Positions 38,470 to 50,539 of a DNA stretch of 64,000 nt are shown here, in pieces. A program made the position numbers and the translations under genes. This DNA comes from Paraphysomonas bandaiensis (taxonomy: Eukaryota > Protista > Chrysophyceae): positions 186,001 to 250,000 of the forward strand of contig CBFFRP010000149.1 of NCBI GenBank assembly GCA_965644295.1, in the 5' to 3' direction. Under the pieces are notes generated by a model, which made no database searches, was not told the DNA's origin, and saw only the letters and a program-made list of their open reading frames with translations. Every line of letters begins with the position of its first letter. Positions within the stretch are counted from its first letter, which is position 1.

Positions 38470-40738
38470 ATGAAAGCTAAAACATGCGTATCTTGTATGG
38501 TATATGGCTTATTAGTTCTGCTCTACACGTCGATTGCTTATTATTATTACGTGGAATCAGAAAAAACTTATAAACGTGAAGAAAATCAATTAAAAGAAAA
38601 GATTTTAAAACTTCGTGAAGAATATAACGAATTAGAGTTATTATCTAATCAAATTAAAGAAAATTCTAAGAATATTAGTAAACATTTAGTAGAAAAGATA
38701 TTACAGAAATCTCATACAGTGCATGATACACCTCATGATGCATTGAGACAGACTCATGGTGCATTGAGACAGACTCAGGATGAATTGAAACAGACTCAGA
38801 ATACAGGAAATGTAATGCCAGTAGTGAATGTACCACCATGTGAGTGTGAAGAGATTGTTTTGTTACTGTATTGAGTTTTGTAGTAGCAGCGACGAGGACA
38901 ATGAAGCCGTTTACTGGGGAGCCCTCTGTGCTAGTGGTGGGCGGGACGGATGGATCGGGTACTCGTAGAGTGGTCCAGGTGCTAACTAGTCTTGGTACAC
39001 GCATTGTCAGCGAAGACCCTGAGACGTATGACATACATGCTGATCTAGTCGGTGGGTGGCCTGCAGTAGTAACCCCTGTTCTGGAGGTGCGCTCTGCAGT
39101 CGCCCTTTTTTGTGTGTAATTTGCGTCATTATATTCAAGGCAAGTGGTAGTATTACCTATTCGCCCGGCGACCTTCCTAGTCCTCTCAAGAAATCCACAG
39201 AGTCATCACTACGCCGACTGCTAGCTCGAGCTGAAGAGGATTCCCATAAACCTACGTCGAATAAGCTTGCCGTTGGAGGGGCTCTGCCAATTGCCCCTGG
39301 CACTCAAGCACACAGGGTTAAGTTCGGATTCAAGGCACCAGTCGCTATGACTTTACTGCCATGGTGGGCCGAACTGAATCCACACTTTATGTTTCTGCAT
39401 GTCCTTAGGGATGGTCGCGACATTGCTTTTTCTGCTAATCAGGTGGACTATGTTTAGCACGCAGTATCTTGGGTTGTTGTAACGCAATTGGGCTACTTTT
39501 TCCTGTTTGTAGGGCCCTGTGGATAAATTTTATGGTGCAATGTATCGGAAAACCCCTCACCTGAACACTAGAGAGAAGACAGTGAAGGCTATTCGCTTAT
39601 GGGGTGACTGGAATAATGGTATTCGTAAGTGGGCAGAAGGTAAATTACAATCTCAAAGGGAAGGAGAAAGCACATCAAGGTCATTTGGTTACCATGCTGT
39701 GCACATTGAAGATTTGGTGGATGAGTCTAAGGATGTAAGATTCATGGCAATCAAGAAATTAGCAGACTTTGTAGGGTCAGGTGTGTTGATGAAATTATTA
39801 TGATGTATGATATCAGTGTATCGCTCATGATGTGTTTAGTGGTTGTAGCTGTCATACTGTGTTACATGTATAATTATGGTGATACCTTTCCACGTTATTC
39901 TTAGATCTTGACGACGAAGCTATTTGCTGCCTCGCTGTAGAAGGATCGAACTTTATGGGGTCCCATGATAGGGTGGGATATTCTGCGAATTTTATTTTGT
40001 AATGTCTCTTACATTGCTTCAGAAAGGGAAAGCTGGAGTTGGCGGAGAAGCGCAGTTAAAGGGCAGATATGGAAAGTGGAAGCAGAAAGTAATATGTCCG
40101 CGCTTTAAAGTTGTAGTTTCCTTATTCTGAGTGCAGTTAGCAAAAAATCCAAGATTAGAAGAGGAGTTGATGAAAGCAGGAGGAGATGCGCTTAAAGAAC
40201 TCGGGTACATGAATCATCAATCCACCCCTTTATTTGATTTGCGGAGGTATGGGTCCGACATCAGCTTATAAGATACCTCATTCGTTTTCTAGCAATCAAT
40301 ATAGGTGTAGCCTGAGTACATTCCAATGCAATGCGAGGAAGAACGGAGATCCTCACTGGAAAGATGCAACAGCACCTTCAATAGCGCATATTGTTTCTGA
40401 TAAGTGTTCTGTGCGGCAAGGGGTGGATTACAGAGGAGGTAATCGAGATAAGAATGCTCCTCGCCTTATACTATTTCTTATTTCTGTAACCATTTTAAGG
40501 GGATCTCTCGATGTCGGATCATTCGTCGCTTGATCAATGTTGCAGGTAGGTCAACAGTCATTTTTGTGTTTACTCATAATTTTATTTTCGTTGGTGTAGT
40601 TCGTGTGCTTCGAATTTTAATTGTCGTCATTTCACATACGATCCATCCAACGAAGTATGTTATCTTAAATCTTCTAAAGGGCGAGTTCTAGAAGATTTAA
40701 CAACAACGCATCTCATTAGTGGTGATGTAAACAAATAG
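38470..40738 (+). CDS. Type II membrane sulfotransferase-family protein: TM anchor, coiled coil, P-loop sulfotransferase domain, C-terminal PAN/Apple domain; about 9 exons
   Basis: TM MVYGLLVLLYTSIAYYYY; coiled coil with heptad repeats; 5'-PSB-like VVGGTDGSGTRRV; FGFKAP; 3'-PB-like FLHVLRDGRDIAFS; VHIEDL; YGKWK; PAN-like CSVRQGVDYRGGDL..CC..CASNFNCRHFTY....CYLKSS; TAG at 40736-40738. Confidence 0.82.
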
Positions 40739-41042
40739 AGTGTTTCATAGGGTAGATAATATCGCTGTCAGAGCGTGATGTATTTAATATTTACTGCTTT
40801 TATTTCGTACTTAATGCAGTTTGGTTGAGATAGCTACTACTGGGTAGACACTGTTTTTCTGTATGGTATTTCGCCAAGTACTATGATTAAAATAAATCTA
40901 TAAAGAGTGAATATAGGAAGAATAGTTGTTCAATTCATAAAATTATTCGTTAGTTCACGATAAAGAAGGTCATTTTAAAGCACTCCAATGTAGAAAATGT
41001 TGATACATATGCCCATCATTTCGTGTATGAAGAATAGACGGT

Positions 41043-42527
41043 TTACGTTTTACTCCTAAATTGAATAGAGCTAGAAATAAAATACATAGCCCATCCTAAA
41101 TGTGCAATCCCAACTGATTCAATTGCCAAAGCCGTATTGACAACAATAGAGGCCCCAGGTAAATTCAAGAAACACCACGGATGAAGTTTGGCGAATATCT
41201 GAGAAGGAAGTTGTACTGTGTTCAGTATGAATATCACACCAGCAAATCCAGGTTTTACTAAACAGCGCAAAATAATTTCAGGAATTGGTAATACGTGGGA
41301 AGAACTCCGGAAACTAGACGCAGAAGCCGCTGCAAACATCGCCAGGACGACAAGAAATTGTCGACCAATAAGAAAGTTTTTCACTTGGCTGGACTTGCTT
41401 TGTAACAGCGCATGTAATGCGTAACTTCGCTTCATGTGAATCGGAACAGATAATAAGTTAGAGTGCTGGGTAGATAAGACTGCAATCTGCAGTCCTTCAA
41501 GGTAAAATATTGCCACCATCGACAGTAAGAGTAGAAGTAGTCGATCCAGTTCAACGAATTTGCGGGTACGGTTAAATACATTGCCAAGTGTGATCAATCC
41601 GCACACCACACACAACGTTACAGAAATAATTTTTATAACCATATCCCCGACTGAGGAACAATTTATTCTGACTTGTGAACAGCCATCAATTGTTGTCAAT
41701 CTATTACGTGCTGACGAAAAGTAAGTATCGACAGCAAGAGACGGGAGAGCATCGTAACCCGTTCTTGCTCTTGCAGTCGCTTGTACAAGGTGAGAATCTT
41801 CGGGTTCCTCATAGTCACGAGGTGGATATATGGGATTATTCTCCAATACTCCAGATATAGGAATTAATTCCTGTTGGCCAAGACGTAGATTACTTTGTAT
41901 TAATGGTGGCGAGTCCGTGAGCCTAGAAAGCTGATGTGCAATCACAAAGGAACATGACGTAAAAACACCCAACGACTCCACAAGAAGGGCTACTCGTACA
42001 AATATATAACAGCAAAAACTATCCAGAAAACGTACAGTATACTCGTCCCCTATCAACTGAGGGTACATCTGTCCAAATATTAGTGTAATCAAAGCTCCAG
42101 GCAACCCGGATGATATGAATAGCGATTGAGGTAGTCGAGGTAGGAGATCAGGCATTGTAGGAAAAGTGGTAAGTAGTGAAATGAAAAAGACCAAGGCAAG
42201 TACACAGAGTTGACGACCTGTAAGATATCTTTCGAGCCCATTACTTGAGCTCGTTAGCATATATATATCAAATGTCCGCGGTTGACTCAAAGAAAATTTA
42301 ACGGCTTGATGCACAGATAGAGAATTTAGATTAACTAAAGCTACTTGGCCCGATTCAAAATATCCTAGTACACTTAACGATACCACTATAAGGCCAAATA
42401 TTATAGGACTGGGTAGATGTATTTGACAATAGTTGTGAGTGATTGCATAAGCTACTAGTAGCACCGCAGTAGAGACTAAAAGCAGTGATAGAGTCCCTTT
42501 AGCAATAGAGAGCACTGAAGTTGTCAT
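41043..42527 (-). CDS. SIT: Silicon transporter (SIT family), full-length two-repeat form, no introns
   Basis: About 10 TM helices in two halves. Half 1: YFESGQVA, YLTGRQLCV, GLPGAL, IFGQMYPQ, LLVESLGV. Half 2: YLEGLQIA, FLIGRQFLVV, GFAGVI, VQLPSQ, LAIESVGI. EGXQ and GRQ are the SIT signature motifs. Confidence 0.9.
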   Translation of the reverse strand: MTTSVLSIAKGTLSLLLVSTAVLLVAYAITHNYCQIHLPSPIIFGLIVVSLSVLGYFESGQVALVNLNSLSVHQAVKFSLSQPRTFDIYMLTSSSNGLERYLTGRQLCVLALVFFISLLTTFPTMPDLLPRLPQSLFISSGLPGALITLIFGQMYPQLIGDEYTVRFLDSFCCYIFVRVALLVESLGVFTSCSFVIAHQLSRLTDSPPLIQSNLRLGQQELIPISGVLENNPIYPPRDYEEPEDSHLVQATARARTGYDALPSLAVDTYFSSARNRLTTIDGCSQVRINCSSVGDMVIKIISVTLCVVCGLITLGNVFNRTRKFVELDRLLLLLLSMVAIFYLEGLQIAVLSTQHSNLLSVPIHMKRSYALHALLQSKSSQVKNFLIGRQFLVVLAMFAAASASSFRSSSHVLPIPEIILRCLVKPGFAGVIFILNTVQLPSQIFAKLHPWCFLNLPGASIVVNTALAIESVGIAHLGWAMYFISSSIQFRSKT

Positions 42528-42710
42528 TAGTAAAGTGAGTAGAGGTGAAGTCAGTGAATATTGTTATATGAGTTGTGCTGTGAGGAGGTGTAACAGTGAG
42601 TAAAGGGTCAATAGACAGCACAGTAAACACTGTCATCCATAACCCTATACAGACAAACGCTACATAACACTATATATAACACTCTATATATACTAACACA
42701 ACACTATACA

Positions 42711-42755
42711 CACATACATACATACATACATACATACATACATACATACATACAC

Positions 42756-42788
<33 letters not shown>

Positions 42789-42798
42789 CATACACACA

Positions 42799-42832
<34 letters not shown>

Positions 42833-42834
42833 CA
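42711..42834. repeat. Imperfect (TACA)n microsatellite upstream of SIT
   Basis: Tandem CATA with occasional CACA/TATA units. Confidence 0.95.
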
Positions 42835-43549
42835 CTCATAACACTATACACACATACATAACACTATGCAGCACAGTATAGTTAATTATAGTGACAACTA
42901 TAGAGTCCCAGATGACTCAATATAAGGGATGGATGAGGCGAGTGTGGCTGGGTAAGTTGTGCTTGTAGAGGAGTGGAGATATTAATAAGATGCATATGTA
43001 TGTATAGGTACATGGAGTGTACACTAATAATGTACAGGTATATGACGAGCACTGTACCTGACGACAGTAGACCATATGTATACATGTACAGATATATGAT
43101 ACTATAGCTACGAGTACAGTAGTAGATAGCCAACCACATGTACCTAACGACAGTAGACCATATGTAGATATGTACAGATATATGTACGTAGCTGGGTACA
43201 GCATGAAACACGGCATAATTTTTCAGTTTAGCTCTGTAGGATACGGTCTAGAATGTACACGGAAATATGCATCACAACAGTATCAAGACTGTTGTGGTGC
43301 ATCATAATATCTTGTCCCGAATAATTCCTGTTGTCTCTGTCAAGAGACTTTTGACTCCCTGTAGTGTAGACCTATAAAGAACAACGGGAGTATCGGATCC
43401 GTGTGTCATTTTCAGCCTGTAGTGCAGATAACCGTAGTGTAATCCATACATTTTTCTCTTCGTGACAAGATATCATTAGAATGAGATCCAACAAGAAGTT
43501 CCAAAAGCGATTTAAACATAGGGCTAGGGCTCCAGCAAGCAATAGTGAG

Positions 43550-43890
43550 TCAATGTCAGTAACTTAGCAACATTCAAGGAGAAGCTGGTGGTCGAGGCAA
43601 TGCAGAAATATGGAGACTTGGCGAGATTAGTAGAATTGGACAAGTACTATGAACCCCGCAGAGTACGATCTAGAGAATGACCCCCACGGATTTAACGCTG
43701 AAGATATGAAGGACGCAAGGAAGGCAAGGGCAAAACTGATTAACAAGATTCATCTATAATCGTCTGAGCAACGAATCAATTGATGCTATAAAGCTTACGG
43801 CGGAATATGACAAAATCAATACCACCAAGGATCCCCTAATGCTATGGCTAGCAATAAAGGAGACTCATAAGACGGCCTCTAGCTACAAAT
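43550..43890 (+). mobile_element. Copia gag remnant (CoDi-like)
   Basis: SNLATFKEKLVVEAMQKYGDLARLVELDKYYEP and LSNESIDAIK..EYDKINTTKDPLMLWLAIKETH, with frameshifts. Resembles the gag N-terminus of stramenopile copia elements. Confidence 0.6.
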
Positions 43891-44941
43891 GTACTAAACT
43901 GAAAAATACAACTGTTGGGAAAGACAAAAATAGCAATGCACGTTAACTCTTGTCACCCGTGTTTCCTCGTACCGACGCATTATTTGGCTCTTCGACACTC
44001 TACCGTACAAGAGCAAAGGTGTACAAGTACGAGATATGGACTTCCATTGGCGCACAGGAACAGTACGACAGGTGTATAGGTACATATATGGATCCAAGAA
44101 AGATCTCCACTGCTTTCAACGCCTCATTAAATATATTAATATATATTTTTATCCTTATCACATGAATTGATTCATCTGTAACTTGTTTTTCCATAGCTTT
44201 CACCTAGTGAGTATCCAGCACCATTAAGACTTATCTCACACAATAGAAATACGATAGTAAGAATAATATGATTGCACATGCAGATATACTGATACATACA
44301 TGGTGAATTACTTATAGAGGATCAGAGAAGTAAAGAACTTTATATTATTACTAAGGAGTGCAACGAGTGTTATTCTACCTTGTAATTTTGCTATCATCAC
44401 TTGGTGGATTGGTATGGCAATGGTATCTTATACCATTTAGACCACACTTATGCACCAGGAATAATACAGCAGAAATTATTTTAGTAAGTAGCATTCAGGT
44501 TCATGATTTGGTTTTCTTGACCCTTTCCTGAGCGCTTCTTTTAATAATACTTCTATGGTATATGGTAGTAATTCTTTGATTATTATAGCTATTGTTAAAC
44601 GATATAATAGTAGCATTCTTTTTTATTAACTTTTGACATTGTGGATGGCTATAGCATATAGACGCCAATGCGCATCTACGTTTACAATGTACGTACCAAT
44701 ATACTGTATACGTTAATATATACCTCTATATCGTATTGCCAGGACAGCTGCTGGAAATATACTTGATCATTGGTAATATCCCACATAGAAACGAAGCAAG
44801 GTAAAATACTTAATGGCTCAGAACTTATTTATTTCAAAATTAATTACAAGCGCCACACTTAATCCTAGAATATTATCAAATATAAATGACTTATCAGGAA
44901 GCCTTTTGCGTTATAACTATCCAGAGAATGCTTACAACAGG

Positions 44942-45283
44942 TTAATTTTCCGCATACTGAGTAATATTCTGCTGATGCTGTAACTCTGTAAATAACACAA
45001 TACATATAAGGGAAATAACAGCATAAGTATATATATAAAACTTACTGTTGTAATTTAATAATTTCTGAATCAAGTCCACATGTGTGAGAATCATACGACG
45101 ACAGCAGTATCTACGAAGACCCAACTCATCCAGTGCTTCCCTTTCACTATAATCTGCACGTAGTAATCCCATATATGTCTCCCATTTGTTTCCAACAACC
45201 TGAAAGGGTTTAGAATTAAATCTACTAATAATTATATTCAACTGTACCTTCCCACAAGTAAAGCAACGTACAGGAATAATCAT
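44942..45283 (-). CDS. RPB10: RNA polymerase I/II/III subunit RPABC5; 3 exons, last acceptor uncertain
   Basis: [12 protein letters not shown]|VVGNKWETY...[30 protein letters not shown]. Confidence 0.97.
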   Translation of the reverse strand: MIIPVRCFTCGKVQLNIIISRFNSKPFQVVGNKWETYMGLLRADYSEREALDELGLRRYCCRRMILTHVDLIQKLLNYNSKFYIYTYAVISLICIVLFTELQHQQNITQYAEN

Positions 45284-45735
45284 TATAAAATAAAAGTAGT
45301 TGATATATATAAGTGTGATTTAATTTAATGGTTCTATAGCACACTGCTTGGACTCTATATGTATGGACTATACTGATATATGGGATAGTGTATGTATATA
45401 GTGACACATACATATGAACACATACACAGCCATACTATGTATACCTTTGTACATAGGTATGATGCATATGGTGTACATACATCTCACGTATATGATCATA
45501 TGAATGACTGGTATACAGAGACTGGAATGGAGAGGGGTTTTACACCACTAAATACATCTATAAACCCCATAAATTCTAATTTCCACACATGATATTATAT
45601 AAAAACTCTAATATTTAGTAAGGTAATATTTATTTTATAGGCTTTTGATGGATATAAAGTACATACACTGCATGTCCAGAGGAACTCATATATAACTCAC
45701 CTTAAAGTTCCATATTCAAACTATATAACTATAAA

Positions 45736-47296
45736 ATGAGTAGACTTTATATATCAGCAGCAAAAATATTAACAGCAATAGATTCTGGACAATCATTAAA
45801 ACAATACTGTGCAAAAACTACAGTCGGTAAAGAGGAGTATGCTATTGTCTGTGAAACATTAAAGTATAGTCATGTTATACATACAATACTTAATAGAAGT
45901 GGTATTAATTCCAATTTATTAGATGTTAATGATAGTTTATTTAAAATTATGGTATATGAAATATTGTTTGGTAAAGGAAAAATTAAAAGTGGTGGTGTTG
46001 TAAAGCGTCGTGTCATGGAGCATATTGATAAGCTGAAGTTAGCATTATCTGAGGAACTTGTTGAGAATAATACAACTGATTTTAAACAACTCTTATCACA
46101 AGATGTTATTATGGCATTTACAATGTCAAAATATGTAAGAGTGAATGAAATTAAATGCAATATACAATCAGGTTATACGGAATTAGCGGATGTGTATAGT
46201 CAAGCTGAGTTGGATAATCATATCCCATCTCTTGTCGTGCTACCATCGACGTGCACTGGCGTGAACGCTCAACCAGGAGTAGCAGAGAGCCGGTTAATTA
46301 TTCAGGACAAGGCGAGTTGCTTTCCATCGCAGATCCTTTTCGACGAGTGGTTAGAAAAAGGTGGACAAGGGGACATGGTAGATGCCTGTGCGGCTCCTGG
46401 CAACAAGACCTCTCATCTATCTGCGTGTGTGTACGACAGGTCTCGAGAAGACTTTCGCTGTCGTGTGTTTGCGTTTGATCGCAGCCCCACTCGTGCTTCT
46501 TTGCTACAGTCGCGGCTTAGTTCTGCGGGAGCCAGAAATGTAGTAGTTACTGAGGCTGACTTTCTTGAGGTTGATGTCACGGACAGTCGTTACAGTGATG
46601 TGCGTGCCCTGTTGGCGGACCCTTCATGCTCTGGATCTGGAGTGGTCCGCTCACTCGAGAGGGTCATTGAGAGGGAAGGAGCTGGAAAAACTCAAGCAGA
46701 CGATTTAAACAGACGTCTCGAGAATCTTAGGAAGTTTCAGATTGCTGCTGTTACTAAGTGCATGACGTTTCCTGCTGCAGAGTGTGTGGTGTACTCGACT
46801 TGTTCTATTCACCAGGTGAGCTTTCATTATCACAAAAATAATTTGTGCAGTTAGTACTTCTCAATCAGCTTGCATGAGCATTACTCTGGCAGTGTTGTTG
46901 GATTTTTTATATATGATCAATGCTGAGGCTACTTTTTTGCAGGAGGAGAATGAATGTGTTGTTGCTGAAATTCTACGGTTGCATCCAGAGTGGGATGTAA
47001 AGGCACCCCCACGACTGTCATCTTGGCACCGGCGGGGTATAACTACCGACGGCCTTACAGATTCTCAGGCTTCCTGTCTGATACGATGCATGCCTGAGGA
47101 TGGTATGAATGGTTTTTTCGTTGCCCTTTTTGTAAAACGAATTCCAGTAAAGGAGAATGAAGATGTAGAATACACGATAGGTAATTGTGATAGAAGTACT
47201 ACGAATGGTACGGTTTGTAATACTTGTCAAACTTGGGAGACTAAAAGGAAAAAGTCCTCACTGTGGAAGCCATTATCTAAAAGGTTAATGATTTAG
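45736..47296 (+). CDS. NSUN5: 25S/28S rRNA cytosine-C5 methyltransferase (Rcm1); 2 exons
   Basis: YVRVN, IIQDKASCFP, VDACAAPGNKT, LADPSCSGSG, VVYSTCSIHQ|EENECVV, NGFFVALF. Confidence 0.93.
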
Positions 47297-47402
47297 GTTT
47301 AACTATGACAACATTTTCTTTTCTTAATATCATTTTAGCGAGTTTTTGACGCAGCTTGTTAAACATAATTTCTTATGAGACATAATGTCATTACAGTATT
47401 AT

Positions 47403-47598
47403 GGACTAGCACCTTTTCGTGGTATTATGGAGGATATTTCTCCAGGGAACTAACGTGAGCCACATATATAGTCAGCCAAATGCTTGTATAGTACAAGGAT
47501 ACTAAGATATGTGTGACTTGTGTAGACGAAAGTGGTTGCGGTGACACACAAGCAGCTTTCGTTGTGTTAAAGAGTAGGATATCAGAGTTAAGCACTGA
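47403..47598 (+). repeat. Interspersed repeat family C, internally deleted copy
   Basis: Collinear blocks with 28754-29120 but lacking its GC-rich middle. Confidence 0.7.
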
Positions 47599-48046
47599 AT
47601 TAAAATAAGTCATTCACTTTCACTCATGATACGTACGATGTCATTCTGATAATTAGAGAACAAATTACTATATGCACAACAAACACTGTATCCTCATCAA
47701 GGTATACAAGGCTTTATCAGTGAACAATAACATATTACTTTCTATTTTTCTATAATTTCGTTCTTCAAATTCCACTTTTTTCTCAATAATTCTGGGATTT
47801 TATCTTCCTCCTGCATACGTATAACGGCAGTCTCACTGGTCTTTAAGTAATTACTTCTGTCAGTTAACTGCTTCAAATTGATCAAACTTCGGAAGATGTT
47901 TCCAATCTGATATCACTCGCTACCACATCATGTTTTGACATGCTTGGATAGTTTAAAATTTAATTAACTGAACGTGATGTACACTCAATGCTTAAATTAT
48001 AAATTACGATCAATAATGATCACTAGTCATACTGGCTATATACATA

Positions 48047-48916
48047 TTACCACTTATCCGATATCCATATATCTCCTTTTTTCAAATACGTGAGCATTGA
48101 AGGAGTAGATTTGTAGTGCAAAAATACTAAACTATCATAGATAGCTATTGACTCAATGTGACTGGAGAAAGGGTCCATCCACTTCTCCCTGCGCATCATA
48201 TTTCCATTTCGCTCTTTAAAGTACGACACCATGTTCCGTGCAATATCTGCGATGTGTGCGTAAGCATCCTTTCCTTCCACTACCATACCGTCGACACCAG
48301 GCCACATGGACATAGAGTGCATGTCTTCTATGGCATACACACCATCCTCAGTAAGACACCCCCACAGAGAGCGTAGCGAGGTTACAATCATTCTTGTAGT
48401 ATGACCCCCATCGTCAACAATAAAATCAAAAGGTCCATATTTTAGACAGATATTCATTAAAAATGTCGAATCTTCCTGACTGCCAATTTCAATATGAATA
48501 TTTTCACTTTCCACTTGTTTACAATTAGGGTTGATGTCAATTCCAACATATCGCGTATGTTTCCCAAAATATCGTCTCCATACACGTGATGAACCACCAC
48601 TTTGTACACCCAATTCAAGTATTTTCACAGCCTTATTATCTTTAATCGACCTCTCACGTATATGACTTATATGTGTATCATATTGACGTGCATATTGATG
48701 CCAATGTTGTAAACCATAATTATCATTATAATTATCATAAATATATTCTAATGATTCTAATGGTTGTGTTATAGGAGATGTATGTGTGGTAGATAGTGTG
48801 GTAGAGAGTGTGGTGTGATGCATTAAGAGTATAGTGATTGTAAGCATCAGTATTATACATAATATACGGAGAATGAGTACCTCTCGACAGAGGGATGATG
48901 GTTTAAGGAATGACAT
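48047..48916 (-). CDS. Class I SAM-dependent methyltransferase (Methyltransf_24 / MycE-ElmM-like sugar O-methyltransferase) with N-terminal TM anchor; no introns
   Basis: KILELGVQSGGS, YVGIDIN, IEIGSQED, FDFIVDDGGH, GVYAIEDMH; N-terminal hydrophobic VLILRILCIILMLTITILL. Confidence 0.88.
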   Translation of the reverse strand: MSFLKPSSLCREVLILRILCIILMLTITILLMHHTTLSTTLSTTHTSPITQPLESLEYIYDNYNDNYGLQHWHQYARQYDTHISHIRERSIKDNKAVKILELGVQSGGSSRVWRRYFGKHTRYVGIDINPNCKQVESENIHIEIGSQEDSTFLMNICLKYGPFDFIVDDGGHTTRMIVTSLRSLWGCLTEDGVYAIEDMHSMSMWPGVDGMVVEGKDAYAHIADIARNMVSYFKERNGNMMRREKWMDPFSSHIESIAIYDSLVFLHYKSTPSMLTYLKKGDIWISDKW

Positions 48917-49084
48917 GTATAGTGGATTGATGTGAGAGAGGATTGTGATGTTGAGATAAGTGATAGCTATGAGCCATCTCTATATGCATACTATATACCT
49001 ACATACCTGCACCCTACACATGCATCCACAGCAGTACCTACCGACATACCCTACAGTACCTACCTACCTACCTAGCTACATAAG

Positions 49085-49284
49085 TACATACATACATACA
49101 TACATACATACATACATACATACATACATACATACATACATACATACATACATACATACATACATACATACATACATACATACATACATACATACATACA
49201 TACATACATACATACATACATACATACATACATACATACATACATACATACATACATACATACATACATACATACATACATACA

Positions 49285-49318
<34 letters not shown>

Positions 49319-49341
49319 CATACATACATACATACATACAT
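49085..49341. repeat. (TACA)n microsatellite
   Basis: Near-perfect tandem TACA. Confidence 0.99.
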
Positions 49342-50539
49342 CGGATTATCCATAGATAATGGCGCTTTTACGAAATGCTATTTTTTGCATAATATCTGCA
49401 ACACCTACTGTATACGTCGTACATACAGACATATAATGAGTGCATATGTGAAACAACTGTGAATCAACGTATTCTCTGTATACTGTGTATATGGAATACA
49501 TAGGTATACGTGTACGTATATGGGGGTATACCTCTGGGTGACTTCGAAGTGAATGTGATGTGGATATATGCATATATGAGTACATGATTCAGAGGCTCTT
49601 TTGCTGCCTCTACTCACAGACACGAGTGAGGACTATGAACAGTGTGTGGTCATAGTGGTGTATAGTGGTGAGTGCTCCTCATGAGGGGAGAGACTCGTAT
49701 GATCATATGAATAATACCGCAGCAGATACACACACATACATACAGAACCCCCACACACACATACATGCATAGACCGCATGGAGCACCCTGAATAGCCATA
49801 TAACTGCACCAGAAGTGTTCACCACTAATGCGCCTCTGAGTGTGTTATTTTATACGGTGTATCTGCATTAATGGTGCTGTGGAAGCATAGTATCCGTTAG
49901 AAGACTGTGACGCTGTTGTTAATGGAGCTGGTGGTGATCGTCCATATGAGGGCTTCCTCTATAAGGATAACATATGAGTAATATGAGAGTGTGGATGAGT
50001 TAAGAAGTGGTGAGAGTGTATGTATGTGGTATAGGGGCGCCTCTTACGACCCAACCAGTGACGATACTGTCGACCTTATGACTCCTACTACTGTATCATT
50101 CGTAATGACCTGCTGTGTCCTGTAAATATGACTGAGGTTTACATATATCATTCATCAAGATGAAGGTGCTGCCGTAGATAAGAGATGGATGTATATCGTA
50201 TATTACATAATGCTATAGCATACGTATCCACTTACCACTTACTTACAACTTATATCATATATTACTATCAGTGTTTATCAGACACTGTAATGTAGAGCTG
50301 TCTACTAATCCTTCATCAAGATGAAGGTGCCGATGTAGATGTAAGTATATCGTATATCACATAATGTTATAACATATCTACTGACAACATATATACATAT
50401 TTGTCAGCCTTATAGAGCTGTTTAAATTTAAAGAAGTGACATTTCAACTTGCAGATTGCATTGTACAAGCTACCGTACGAAACTGTATCCATCTGCTTTA
50501 ACTAATGAACACTTACGATATGATTCACAATTATATCCA

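Noticed and set aside
49570-50400. Exon-like segments and an about 65-bp direct repeat between the TACA tract and the Crypton ORF
   Set aside because: All frames are interrupted and no protein family was recognised; treated as decayed internal or captured sequence.
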